This document shows, in pieces, positions 37,428-51,515 of a stretch of DNA of 64,000 nucleotides. The notes below the pieces were generated by a model. That model made no database searches and was not told where the DNA came from. It saw nothing but the letters and a program-made list of their open reading frames with translations. The stretch covers positions 1 to 64,000 of the forward strand of contig ADNK01003345.1 of the NCBI GenBank assembly GCA_000320545.1. The letters run 5' to 3'. A program made the position numbers and the translations under genes. The DNA is from Bigelowiella natans CCMP2755 (Eukaryota > Protista > Cercozoa). Position 1 is the stretch's first letter, and every line of letters begins with the position of its first letter.

Positions 37428-40400
37428 TCATTTCCGTTGAAAGAAGCTCAACATCGTTTTCACTTTTTTCTTTTTTTTCCCTGCAAGACACATAAATATG
37501 AAGGGGTTAAGTCTTCTTGAAATGATCAGAGAAATGAAATGTACCATCTTCTTGATCCTTGTTGCTGGCCTCTGTCTTGGATTTGGTTGCATTTGTTTTT
37601 TGGATTTCAGAAGAATTTGAGTCTTCAATGGACAATCTAGATTTCTTTGCTTTTTTGGTGTTCTTGGATTTCTTAGATCTCGTCCCAGATCCCCCCGATC
37701 CCTTTGCGCTGCCTCCTGATGCCTAGAAATGAAGAGTATTTAGTATTCACATCTTATCGCATTGCAAATTTCTTCACTTTCTCTCCAATCTCGAGCGTGG
37801 AAGTGTTCGGAGAATTTGCATCGTCAGCTGCCTTCTTATCTTTGTCTTGTAAACCTGGTATCTCGATTTCCTCTTCTTCATCAACTTCCACGGTAACTTG
37901 CACAATAAATTGACTTTAGAAGATTACGACAACAGAAGATAACGGCAATATCCATTTATTATGTTCACCAACCGAGATATCCGTTTTCATCCATGTGGCT
38001 TTTGGTTACTTTCTTACAGACCTACAAAAAACGGTACTCAAGATCAATTGAATACCAACAATTTATTTAAACACCACACGATGTATTTATATTTTCGGCA
38101 CTACTAGTGCCATTTGAAGCGCCGTAACCTTCCTCTTAGATGCATTCTTCTTGAAGTAGCTCTTGAAATTTTGAGCTTCTGGATCCTCTTCTTCTGAGAG
38201 ATTTTCTTCTTCGAGCTCCTAAAATTTGTTTACTATGAATTACTTGCCTCTTTCTACATGTGTCTGAAATGGGCAAACCCTCTGTTTCCGTTCCTTTTCT
38301 TCAGCAATACAAGCTGCATGCCTTGCATTGATCGCATCAACCTTAAGATATGGAGCAAAATGCAACACTCAAACCGACGAGATTCTCATCATCTGAACCG
38401 ATGTTCAGTTTTAGGGTGATTAAACATACCTCTTCTTGCATTTCTAGCTCTTCAATACTGGGGCCTAGATATAAGATGAATGAGAGAAAAAGCAAAGTCA
38501 AGGCATGATATTATAATAAGATACTGCATATATTATCTTCTCAACCAGCATAGTCAAGGCATGATATTATAAGAAGATGCTGCATATATTATCTCCTTAA
38601 CCAGCATAGTCATCTTCATCCGACTCTTCATCCGACTCCTCGATAACCTTCCTCTTCCTGTTCTTTCCCCTTTTCCTGCAACGTCAATTTTGAGCGCACC
38701 AAGATCTGACTTTCGTGCAGTTATTTGTGAACACCACCGATGGCCATTACCTTGTTATTGTGGCATCATCCTCCGCATGATCTTGTTTCTTTTTTGATTT
38801 TGACTTCCGCCTCTTTTTCTTAGGCTGTCCAGTATCATCAGGATTGTATGTATTATATGTTTTGACACCATCAAGTTTCAAAATTTCATACCTTGACATC
38901 TTCCATAATATCACTCTCCGTTTGGATTTCATCTTCAATTAAATTTGTTTCATCCTGAAGTTGTAAGGGGGAACCAAACTGAGATTACATGGGGCATTCA
39001 CTGGAGAATGAGGATACCTCGTCACAAACTACATTATCTGCATCGCTCTCCTTATCATCCATTTGCTGTTTCGACTTTTTAGGTTTGCTGAATGCATGTA
39101 GTTGTTAAGGATTATTTACCAATGAATTTCAAATGTATGATGGTGCATACCTAGAAGCTGCTTTGAACATCATTGCAAGCCGGGTTCCAGTTGCTGAGGC
39201 TCCCTTAGATATCTTCGGCTGGGAAATCGAGTTTGAAGAATTTCTTTTCGATTCCAATTGAACCTTCCCAACACATTCGATAAATTTGTGTTGTAGGCGA
39301 CAACGATTACTTACATTAGTCTTTGGTTTCTCTGAAGATGGATTTGCAGCCTTCTTTGCAGAATTGCTGTTACCCTTAGAGGTTGAGGTTATTTTCTTCC
39401 CCCCTGTTTCGTTGTAAAATGACGGGTTTCTTCAAATTGAAAATAATCTACTCATACTAAAAGCGTAAAATTTTGCCTGCAGATGCCTTTGCTTCAGATT
39501 TTTCAACCACTGGTTTGAAATGAAGTCCTGTGCTACTGGATTTTTTCGAAACTGGTTTACATTTACTCTTTCAATCCAAGTTGAACGATTCAATAGATAA
39601 TTAAATCATGAATTTATTGGTACCGTGTTTCCTCGGGCGTTTTGGCTCAACGCCTTCTTTTTGGAAAGAGATCTTGACCTGTGACTCTTGTATTTTACTG
39701 TTGCTGACTATACTACACCTGTTCATGATGTCATCATCAAATAGTAGAGAAACAATTAATACGTTATATAGATTTTGATTGGTAATATATACCAATTTAG
39801 ACTGAAGCAGTTGGCCTTTTTGTCTTGGGTCTCTAATTGCTTTAGGCGGCGAAGATAGAATTCACGTTGTTGGGCTCCGTCAAGTGCAGCAAGAGTATCG
39901 TAGTATACGGACAGATCTTTACAATTTAAAAAATCAGCAGATCATCAAGCAGAGTTACGACCAACTTAAGCAAGTGATACCAATCTTGGTGGCACTTTGT
40001 TTCTCCTTTTCTTCATTTCCTTGTTTATGCTTCTTGCGCAAGCTGTGAACGTGAATAGAATCCACTTCAGCTGTTTTCTTCAATTCTGTGAAATCAAGGA
40101 AGATAGAAAAAAGATTAATTTAAATTATTATCAAAACCAGAAAGATTTGAATACTTACCCTCAAGCCTGTCCTGTTGAACCAACTCAGCAAAGAGCGAGT
40201 GTGGATTGTCGTTCGCCCTACACGGAAAAAAATCTGAGCCATGGCATTGTAAAATTGTTTACATTTTGTACCTTCCCGATACGAAATAAATAGCTTCTAA
40301 ATCAGCATTATTGCGACTGTAGAACTCAAAAAGGATCCTTTTCGAGAGGTTTGCTGGAGTTTGTAAGTGCATGGACAGCCACCGGTAAGAAACCTTTTCA

Positions 40401-40533
40401 AAGCCAAAAGTTAATGCCGTAACGATATGTCAATTGTCTCATCTATTCGAACCGGGGTTGCAGATTGCTTAACTCGAGAATCAAGCTCTTGAAAGATCTC
40501 ATCAAGATCCAGGGAAGGGGACGTGATGGCCAT
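37428..40533 (-). CDS. POLD3: DNA polymerase delta subunit 3 (Pol32/Cdc27 family), multi-exon
   Basis: Spliced N-terminus MAITSPSLDLDEIFQELDSRVKQSATP-VSYRWLSMHLQTPANLSKRILFEFY..LEAIYFVSG..LVQQDRLEELKKTAEVDSIHVHSLRK parallels human VTYKWLSYTLGVHVNQAKQMLYDY..LHVTYLVSG..VREDKLEAVK..SIHVYSIQK. Also KSHMDENGYL (cf. KTYLDGEGCI) and C-terminal TMLSFFQRK* (cf. SITGFFQRK*). Confidence 0.9.
38496..38607. repeat. 56-bp tandem duplication at a POLD3 exon/intron junction
   Basis: AGTCAAGGCATGATATTATAA(T/G)AAGAT(A/G)CTGCATATATTATCT...AACCAGCAT x2. Confidence 0.85.
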
Positions 40534-40649
40534 GATGCAAAGGTCTGGTGTTTCGAATGCACCGGAACGCTTTCCCGGGGCGCGAATTTAATTGTGAAAA
40601 AAAAATGTTCGGAATCACTTGGCATCTGTTCAAAAACCATTTGGTTTTA

Positions 40650-42164
40650 GCTCTGCGACAAATGCTGCGAGTCACAGATGGCCTTGAACAAAATCCGACC
40701 ATCACATTGCACAAACACCAGAAACGCATCCCTTTTTGTTGTTGCGTCTCATTCATCAACACAATGAGGTCAAGTTCATCATTCATTGTTTGTTCTTCAA
40801 GATGATCCAATCGCAGATCGTCGTGTGGACATGGCCTTCAGGAAGTTTTTGCTCAGAGTGGAGGTCTTGCGCCGTCAGAATTTTGCCGCCAGTGTCATTG
40901 CCTCTCAATGACCAAGTCATGCCATTTTGGCAAACCAGCTAGTTGATTTGCTAGTCACAGTCCTCACTGAAACCAGTTCGAGGCACTGCACTTTGCACAC
41001 TGCAAGTGTCTTGCAACACTTTGGAAGTGTAGTTCTTCATCATTGTTTCATTGTTTCATTGTTTCAAGTCCAACATCATTTTTGAACTTGAGGGAAAGTT
41101 GAAGCAGTGAAGCAGTCCAGCAAGCAGCCCAGCGCAGTCAAGCAGTCAGGTTGTGCTCATCACAGCACCAGAGCAGCCAACGTGTCACTTTTTGGTCCTC
41201 GTTGACATTTCAGCTCGAAGCACTGCGTTTCGCACTTTGCAAGTCACGCAACACTTTGGAAGTGTGGTCGATCACTAAGTTTCTTTCCTTGTTTGTTCGT
41301 TTCTCCCTTTCGAGCGATCCGAGACGAACCTTGACCTCGATCTCAACCACTCGTTCGTTCATCGTTCGTTCGTTCACACGCGCTTTTGCAATTTCGACTT
41401 TTTTGACGTGCAGCGGTCTTCAGCATTGCACTCATTGCTTTGCACGATGCCAGCTGGTTGCCATGCCAAAGTCAAAAAAGTTGTTTTTTTCAAAAAAATC
41501 ATCAAGGTGAACTCAGAACTGGCTCCACCCGTGTCTTTGCTCTGGTGCTGCGCGCTGAAGCACGAAGAAAATCGAAACTTTTGTTCCTGAGAGTTGGCCA
41601 TCAAAACTTCAATGGCCGGAAAACAAGTCATTTGGTTTGAGTTTTGCAAACAAAAAAGTTTCCAAGCGGCGCAGCCGATGTCGGCTAGTTGCGAGTGACC
41701 AAGCGCCAGAGCGTTCAAGCCAGCAAGTGGTCCTCGCGTTTGCCACCACCACGTGAAACGCTGGCATGAGGCGGAGCTTCCTCACGCACGCTCCAGCGCT
41801 GGCAGCGCAGCACATGAGCACGTTGTCTGTTGGCTGTTCAGCTGTGCACCGCCGTGTCTCGAGTGCCAATCAGCGTGACATTTCACTTGCTCGTTCACTC
41901 CACTTGCGCTCAATTGTGACAATGCGTGCGTGAAGCATTGATCATTGCAAGTTCTTTCACCACACTCGATCTGGCATTGCACGCAGGTTTTCCACACGTG
42001 CGTGCATGATCCTGGGCGGATCGATCGATCGATCAATTGTGATCCCATGGAGTGGGTTTCAATGACACGCACGCATTGGACATGCTGCAGAGACTTCGTG
42101 CGCCATCATTGAATTGATCGACGAATGAACACACGGAGCAACGATGTCACACATCACGCCATGC
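40650..42164. other. TpA-depleted island 3 (core)
   Basis: 5 TA in 1515 nt: CTAG x3, GTAG, CTAA. Confidence 0.92.
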
Positions 42165-42835
42165 TACGTGCACCAGTGCACAACTGCTGCTGTTCCAGCA
42201 ACGCACAAACCAACACACCTGCAGAATGCTTCGTCACATCTATTTTTTTTCAAAAGCATGCACACAGACGCATCATTCACCCGTTGATCCGTGCTCACAC
42301 ACGGACTCAAGCACTGCATTCTGATTGCAGTCACATTGATCTGATGAATGCTACCTTCTATTTTGTGTCTCTGCTGGCCAGGATTTACAACAGGATGTTT
42401 TTTCGAAAGCGCATGTTCCTGGTCCACAGTCACAAAAACCTCGCATGATTCCTTCCAATTGTATTTCATGTCCCAGAGACCTATGGCATCTTTGTAACAA
42501 GCATTACCGCATCTGAATAGGGTTACTGTTGCAATCCACCTCGTCCCCCCCCCTCTCCCTAGATACAACTTCATCAAACCGATTTAAATAACATGAAAAC
42601 ACATCAATTCCTTGCAACTAATTTGACGCGGTAACGTATGCTTCACAGAGCTCAATGGTAATTTCTATTTAAAATATCTCATCGATAGTACCTAAAAGCG
42701 CACACGGAGCATAATGTAGCATCAACTCTCATTTTACATGTTTTGCAAGTATAAAGATACCTAAATGAAATAAGTGACATTAATTAATATGTTTGATCAT
42801 GTCAGTTTGTCAGTAAAATTCGTCATATATGTACA

Positions 42836-42913
<78 letters not shown>

Positions 42914-42999
42914 TATAAATATGAAGTTATAAATTCAAATACGATTCAATTGCAATACTTAAATTAGAAAGATGGAACAAAATGGTTGCTTCATTGTAT

Positions 43000-44742
43000 C
43001 AATTGATTACTGCGCTGTAGCTTTAAATCCCGTAACAAATGTGGTACAGAAAGATGAAGACCTGACAGTTGACATTTAATTTATTCACATTTCCAAGCAT
43101 GATAACATCAAAAAAGAAGAAAAGCAATCTTTTCAGTTAATATCCAATATGCTACTACAACCTCGTCACGTTAGAATACTTCCTAACGATGTCAGGACTG
43201 CACTTCAATTCCGATATGAATTCATTTGAAACATATCTAACAAGAAGAACCAAATCATAGTGCAAATTATATGACAGAAAGGTATTGATGCTTCTTAGTA
43301 TAATTGTAGGAAGCCGCCATATCTTGAATTATTTCCCATTTTTATCAATTATTCACATGTACTTGAGGGACCGCCTTGTATTCAACTATCGACAATAAGA
43401 CTTCTCGATGCATGAGAAAGTCTGAAAGCTTGTTAGACATTATTTCTACGTAAAGACATCAGATATACTACCTTTGATTGACCCTCCTTAAGAGCTTTGA
43501 TTTAGCAGCTTGCCTCAGTCTATGTGAGATACACAAGGTAGATACATTTACATACAACTGTGACGGATAATTCTGAATCAAGTAGCTTCTTTCTATTCTG
43601 ACAGTGTGTTTCTATATCCCTAAAAAATCATAAATTTGTGTGATCACTTCGCATTATTACATCCTCATCAATTGGTGCGATGTAATGTTTTAATGATACC
43701 TCCGCATTTGTTTCTCTGTGGATGGGGCATATCTATATTCCATCCACAACAATGAAATTTATTTAACTAATTAATTGTAAAAGTACGACGTAAAAGTGCA
43801 TAAAAACCAATTTTCTGCAGTAATTATTAACGGTACGACGATTTTGATTGCACATCGGCCGCCACAAAAAAGGCAGTCATTTTGGTTAGAAGTTTCGTGA
43901 ATTTTATTATTCCTTTTGGTCTATTTTTTTGTGAATTTCATGACACTGAGATTCGTACGAGTCGTATAATATGTTTGCTGAAACCGTCTGTGTGCAAAAA
44001 ATACTTCGACGACAAAAAAGGTCATTTGTTTCGTCGTAGTATTTTTGCTAAACCTATCTGCTATATTATCTACTTTCAATTTATAGAGGAGATAACTAAT
44101 GAATATGATATCATAGTATGATTCTGTCTAACACCTGCATTCATTAAGAGAAACGTCCACAAGATATTTCAGCTTATCCCTAAGTGAGCAGGAAATGAGG
44201 AAGAAGAAAGGAGAAAGTAGAATTTCTTGAAATATTAAGTTATCATGGATAACGATGTAACATAATGATAGCTATTCTCAATCAAAAGTAATTAAATGAT
44301 TTTACATATATATTATATATATATAATATGTGCATATACATATATCAATTTCTCTGCCATAATTAAGCTAATATCAACATCATCATCATAAGCACCATCA
44401 TGTTGAAAACTTATTCCTATCTCCTACTTTATATTTTCAACACTCTGAACTGTAATATCTGATAGTCCTCTCAAATCCAAAAAGTGTAGCTTCTGCAAGG
44501 AATTTAAAGTCAATCAAAACAAACATTTTGGTCAAATTCAGTGAGAAGGACGGAAAATATGCTGTATCCCAGAAGAGAAAGAAAAGAGAAAAGAGACAAA
44601 TAATTATGTATTAGACATATCGAGTGAGTGAGAGTTTTCTGTATATTGGCATAAAAGATTCACACCAATATTTATAGATAATAAATAAAATCTCTGGCAT
44701 TTTCGCTTCACTACGATTCCTCTCTGACTTCTCACCTCTCAC

Positions 44743-44774
<32 letters not shown>

Positions 44775-45016
44775 GATTAACAAAAGTGATTCATTGTGTA
44801 CTCACGTCTGTACCGGGCAACATTCTATAACTTTGCTTATATCTTCATCAGAAATATTTCTCAAATCCCTCAGACTAAGGTATCTAAAGAAGGATTATTG
44901 TGTGAAAGTAGTATTAGGATAGATACCGGAAGATACCATGTGATGTTGGTAATACTAATAGTCGTTTACATATTATGGTACATATGCAATTTTGAGTAAT
45001 GGTGGCTGTAATGATA

Positions 45017-45048
<32 letters not shown>

Positions 45049-45697
45049 GATGATAATGAAGATGATGATGATCAGAATATGATTACGATGATTAATATAA
45101 AGTTTATATTCCATACATATATGCATGCATGACATGTATGTGGTCAAATTTTCTCGAAGATGAGCACAACCACCTGATTTCGGTCGGAAACATAGGATTC
45201 AAAACTATTTGACCGCAAGATTGTATTGAAAGCTACAAAAAATCATAGATCATGAATTCAATGCGTGAATTTATTAAGAATCAATACCCACTTCCATTCT
45301 ACTGCTGCTGCTGCTGCTGCTGCTGCTACTTACTGCTGCTGCTACTACCATTTTAAGATGACGGAATGGTGTGTGTAGGATATATTCACAGTGAAATGGG
45401 GAACCTGTGATGTAGCAATTTGTTTTTAATTCGAGTTCTATTATGTATCTCTACGATTCGAGAATGTATAATTTAGTATTTGAAGCACATCCTGTCAATT
45501 CCAGCTCTTCCAAACAAGTGAACTGAAAACACAATCATCGAAATTGCAATTATTTATTAAATAAGGTAGAATTATAGTTTCAGATACTTATGTTGCCCAA
45601 ATTGCATGAACCATGATTGTTGTGCATTTTATTTTTATTTACCATTGGGTGATGAGTCTCTCCCAATTCTTTGCAATCGAAAGCTGATTTCCATATT

Positions 45698-45734
<37 letters not shown>

Positions 45735-45863
45735 ATGTATATAACATATATACATATATACATTTATATTTAAAATTTACATACCTTAGAAAAATTGAGT
45801 ACAGGTAATTTATATATGTGATTTCTTTCTATATCTTTTTTTTACTGACTCACGTAGAGCCGG

Positions 45864-45909
<46 letters not shown>

Positions 45910-46031
45910 ACATCACTGCCAGTTTACACACGTATGTCTGTAGCCCGAAAGTGTTTAATCGTCTCTTGAAGATTCCCTGGACAATAAGACGACAGAGGAG
46001 AAAGACAGAGAGAAAGAAAGAGAGAATACGT

Positions 46032-46070
<39 letters not shown>

Positions 46071-49000
46071 TGAAAGCACACAGGAATATGTATGGTTTAC
46101 ACTAATAAATGTAAAAACTCAATAATTTCCCCTCTCTTCTCCTCTATATAAACGGTGAAGCCTGAGATGAATGATTCACAAGCTAAATTTCTTACATAGA
46201 ATGTTGGACGCAGAAGATGCAAATGTAACAGTAGCAGCATCGGCAGCATGGTATCTAAGGAATATATTGATTAGCAGTAATAAGTTTTTCGCTTGTTTCC
46301 AAAGAACTCTTTCTTTTTATCATTACCACCCTAATACGACGTCATCTTACTCTTTCCAAATATGTTATTATGCATAGCAGCTACTACTATGTATGATTCT
46401 GAATTTGGAAGTTGATAAATACGAGTAAAGTGATGAACATTTAACGGAGTATGTTTTTAGAATTATCGAGTAACAAAAATAGAATATGACAACCTTCTTC
46501 TGGTGCTACGATGATTGCTGCTAGTGTGTGTAATGAAAGCCATATCCAAGTATGCTAGTTTCTTGCAGCTTCTCACTATCATCATAGTCACAATAATCAC
46601 TCAGTATACACTACAACCAACACATCCTGATGTTATTATCATAATTAGTTAGTTTATTGTCATGATAACATTAATTACAGTTTTTGGGAATGTACCTTTA
46701 TTTAGATTCGTAAAGTAAGTTCATGTTTGTATTCAACATTATAATAATCTGGAAAAATTAATTTAGCATGTACCTGCTCTCAAGCCCGTACTATTTATTG
46801 TCTTACAACCCGCTATTGACAAACCTTCGAGACTCGAACTGCGGACGATGTTGATGATAACAGTAATGAGAATAATTATTCAACAAGAAGTCGTAGTTAA
46901 TTGCTGTGTGTGGGAATAAGCGATAAACAGAAATGTAGCATTTTCTAGTAGGGTTACTTCCACTTCTCATAATAATACACTGCTTTCTCAGAAAACAAAA
47001 AATGCAAAAGAAAGGGATTCTAGGTGCATGTGGTGACAAAAGAACACTGGTAAATGTCAGTGATGGTACTTGCAACGATGTAAAATCTTTGAAAGGGCTA
47101 TATTTGAAAGCTTTTTCAAACCTAGGAAGAAGAATACAAAGAGTAACTTTTCATTATTTATTTACTTATCAATAATTACTTTTATTATTTTAATTAATAT
47201 ATGGTGGAATTAGGAGGGGACGGAAGAATGATAGTTCCAAATTTCGAGAAAAGATGAGAAGATATTCATGCTCGCTTGTTAATATTATTCGTTTAGAATG
47301 CTGATTTTCAATACGCTATCATTTATTTCTTTCGTGTGGGAGTTATATGTGTGTGTGAGTGTGTGTGTGTACACAAAGAATGTGTTCATCATGTTCTTTT
47401 TCATTACTTGCCGCCTACGCACCTGTGAGATCAAGAAATCTCAGTCCACGTGGCACTAGCTCGCACCAACTCTGAAAGAGAGAGGGAGAAAGAGAGAAAG
47501 GGTTTAATGTGTAATATTTCGTTTCTGATGTGTGAAAAATTAGTCATTCATTTTTTCAGGTTTCTGAGTATGCACGGGAGGTCGTAGTAGCAAAGTGTAA
47601 TGATGGTATTGACCATCGTGTGTGGTCAATGTCATCAACTATCATCCACACACGGCAAAATCCCTCACGCACCTCTCCAGTCACGTTGACGCTAACGTTA
47701 GCGATGTAAAGTTTCTCAAGCGTATCATTCTCAAGAGAACACCCACAGCATGAGAGAATTAAAAACAATCCTTTGTCTACATATTTGCACAAATTGTGAT
47801 GAAGCAGATCATATGTTGTAAGTAGCAAGATGAATGGGGAAAGTCACTACATGAAATATCTGAGCAGTGAGAGAGCTGAGAATAATTCAATTGTTAGCAG
47901 GGAGGAGGAGGAGGAGGAGGAGGAGGAGGAGGAGGAGGGAGACACATTTCATCCACAATTTGCACACAAATACACACACCCTATGCACACACACATACAC
48001 ACATATTGCATACATGTACATGTACACACATTTTAAACATGCTTTGTTTTGCTAGTAAGTTTTACTCGATAAATAATGCATGTCACCACCACCATCTACG
48101 AATGATTAGTTTCACTATTGGTGTGGTGTTCATCACATGAATGAACATTGATACCGTCTATTCTACGAAGTCCGCTAAGATTTAGAGAGCGTAAGTGAAC
48201 TGCAGGTGTTAGAATATATCAATAATGTCAACACACTGCATAAACACAACCACCAACACAGATAGCAGCTATTTTTTTACTATTTTCTTCATTGATCTAC
48301 CAACTACTATGCGGTAGCAGAGTGATCTAGTTTACATAATGATTAATTAATTATTATTCATGATAAATGCTGCCATAACATCTACTCAAACAATGTCACC
48401 TCACACTGTTGCTGCTGCTACCACACGAAATGATGATTATGCATGATGAATTAAAAAAATAATGGAATGGTTATGTTATCGAAATGTGCAAGATGTGTGT
48501 AGGTTCGCTTATATACTAGTAGTATTAGTAGTATTAGTATTAGTAGTAGGTAGCAGTAGTATAAAAATTATTATTTTTGAATGATTATCAACTAACCAAC
48601 CAATCGCCATCTTCTCTTCTTCTTATTCTTATTCTTCTTCTACCAAAACTTCAAAAATTCTATTTGCCTTGTGGATGGATTATTCTCAAAACACTAGAGC
48701 CTACAATATGATGATGATGATAGATAGATAGATAGATGATGAAATCCACAGTGAAATGTTAAATTATTGTCTGTAAAACTACTAACGCGACAATGATGAT
48801 AACAAACGACAACCATGACAATAGCTTGGGTAGCATAGTAAGGGATTGATTCTACTTCGTTCTTAAAATGGTAGTAATCGTGTTATTGCATTACTTATTA
48901 TTTCTATTTCAATCAGTGTCATTTTCTAATTGCGAAACGATGATGATGATGATGATGATGTTTCAAAAATGACTTTGGAAAGAAAGAAGGAAAGAAAGAA

Positions 49001-49099
49001 AGAAAGAAGCAGGATATCCTATGTGTGCCTGTCCTCTTTAATTTCTTGAAAACAACCTCCTTGTAGTCTTTATTAATCACGATGCAATAAGGACTACTG

Positions 49100-49134
<35 letters not shown>

Positions 49135-50028
49135 ACTACAACTGCGACTGCCCTACTGCTCTATGAGTTTTTCTTACTTGTAAGTCTGGAACACATCGAA
49201 ACGTCAAGATCGGTAATCATTCTGCTGCGTCTATTCTAAAGAATGTTTATTTAAAATATGATGACTCACAGCAGTAACAGCAGTAGCCGATTCATTTTTA
49301 TTAAATCTAACATAAAGCTAATTCCGAGTAGCAACAAACGTTTTCTCAATTATTCATTTCATACTTACAATTAACGTCACCCCATATCTCTCCAACATAT
49401 ATGCTACATTACCGTTAGCAGCGGGAAAACAACGAACCCTTGGTCTGTAACCTCATGAAGATGTCTCAGCTGTAGACGAATTTGTGAGTAGGAAGATAAC
49501 GATGAAGGTGATGATGACGATGATGACGATGCTGTGGCTTTAGCAGTTGTTGATGGTGGTGGTAATGAAGTAAATAGCTGGCAATGATCGGAGAATGCCA
49601 TCTTTAGAAGCCCTTTCAATCTACTGTTGGTTAATTTTAAGCGATCTTTCGCCTAACACAGATAATAAGGGAAATAGATTATACAAATAAGAAACGGCGG
49701 ATTCCGTTGTCACGAATGCCTTTTCATTATGTGCCCGACTTTATGAAAATGGTAGTATAAACTTGTTAATTTACCGGAAATTGTTCGATCCGAATATCCG
49801 ACATGTATGAAACAACGTCGCTTGCCTACACGAGGGGGGTGGGAAAAGGGGCTTTGGATTATCACGGGAAGCGGTTTATGTTGATATTTCTTATGATTAT
49901 TTCCTTGATTGACCATTGATTTCCATTGGTTTGACACTGCAGAGACGCAACAGAGGTCCTAAAATGTATGTGGCAAGAAGAATCCATCAATGAAGAAGAC
50001 ATCTCGAGAAGATTAATGTGAAACTGTG

Positions 50029-50063
<35 letters not shown>

Positions 50064-50618
50064 GTTGTCGTCAAAAAATATGATGATGGCGTATCGACCT
50101 TAATAGTCAGAAATGATAGTATACCCTCTCTCCCTGGAAAATGACGGCAGGATGATGATGATGATGATGATGACGACGACGACGACGATGGTGATGATGA
50201 GGGGTGATGATGATGATGACAATGGAGAGATTCGATTCCAAGACGCAAAGAAATGATAACATCACTGGCGATAATGTCTGCAAGTATCTGACCTACTATG
50301 ATAACTAATACCTGCCAGAATTGCCGTGCCGATTTGGGAAGCAGCAGCATCAGCAGTAGCAGAATCTGTTGTTCTGATAGAAATTCTCTTTCGCGATTTC
50401 TTACTTACTCCGTAATAATTTTGAGATGAACGAGAGGGAAGCAAAATTGGACATTGCCCTCCTCCTCCTTGTTGTAGTTCCGTGTCCTCCTCCTCCTCCT
50501 CCTCCTGTTCTTGCCTATCTCTTGCTCTCTTATTCCCAATCATCATCTCTTTATTTATTACCGGGAGTGAGTCTCGTGGGTAGGAGGAATGGGTTGTCGT
50601 TGTTTGTCTTGTCTGCAT
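43000..50618 (-). CDS. Leucine-rich repeat protein, cysteine-containing (AMN1/F-box-LRR-like) type; many micro-exons; ends approximate
   Basis: Minus-strand exons ITDLDVSMCSRLT, LRFLDLT, CLEELELTGC, LRDLRNISDEDISKVIECCP, LHFLDLRGLSDITVQSVENI, LKYLVDVSLNEC. Confidence 0.7.
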
Positions 50619-50672
50619 GTGTCGCAGGTGTTGAGTTGCAGGTAGATTTGGTGCATTGCAGGGTGGGTTTTA

Positions 50673-51515
50673 GTTGTCGCACCAGCTGTTTGTGATGGTG
50701 CAGCTGGCAATTTTGCTCCTTCAAAATTTTGTGAAACGAGGTCGACTTCGGTCGGCACTGCTTTCATTCATTCATTCGTCATCAGCGCTGCGTGCTGTCT
50801 GTGCATCGTGTCGAAAAACAAATTGTGATCAACGTTTCAATGTTTCAATGTTCTGCTCGTTGTTCTTCTTCGTCTAGTGCAACAAAATGTCACCGGGTTT
50901 GACCGTGTTGTGAAAATTGTGACGCCAACTGCACGACCGTCTGCGTCTCACTCTGGCACTCGTGACGTTTCACCATGGTCAAATGCTGACACGCACGCAT
51001 CCGTTTGAAGTGGATGGGACAGAACAACTTCAATTTCTCACAGCTCTTCTTGCAGCGAACTTTGGACCAGTGGAACTCATGCTAGAGGCAAGCATGCACT
51101 AGTTCTGGAGTTCAGTGAAGGGCTTTCATGCGGGCTAGCGCTAGACCTAGCTAACAGTGTGCGTGCGTGCCTAGGTGCCAGCGTGCCAGCGACCGCCCTG
51201 TTCATCACGCCCATCGTCACAGCTAGACAGTGTCGATCTTGTTGTGCTCAAACAACGCAAATGACAGCGCGGTTGTGCATTGTGGCGTGCAGATGGACTT
51301 GAAACATCCTTCACAACTAGACAAACTAGACGAACGCCATGGTGCTTGGTGGAAAGTGTCCATCACATTCGGCGGCACTCCATGCATTTCACACATCCAA
51401 ACAGAAAGCCAATGCACAGTTCAGCGCGCACGTTTGTGCACGAGGGGGAGAACAATGAAAAATGGGGTTGCAGAGGGCTCATGTCATGCGTCGATCAATT
51501 TCTTGATGAGTTTGC
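50673..51515. other. TpA-depleted island 4 (core; fades to about 52500)
   Basis: 11 TA in 843 nt: 10 CTAG and 1 CTAA. Confidence 0.92.

Noticed and set aside
40548-42448. Cluster of 60-120 aa ORFs, considered as a transposase remnant
   Set aside because: No transposase motif or terminal repeats recognised; explained by stop-codon depletion.
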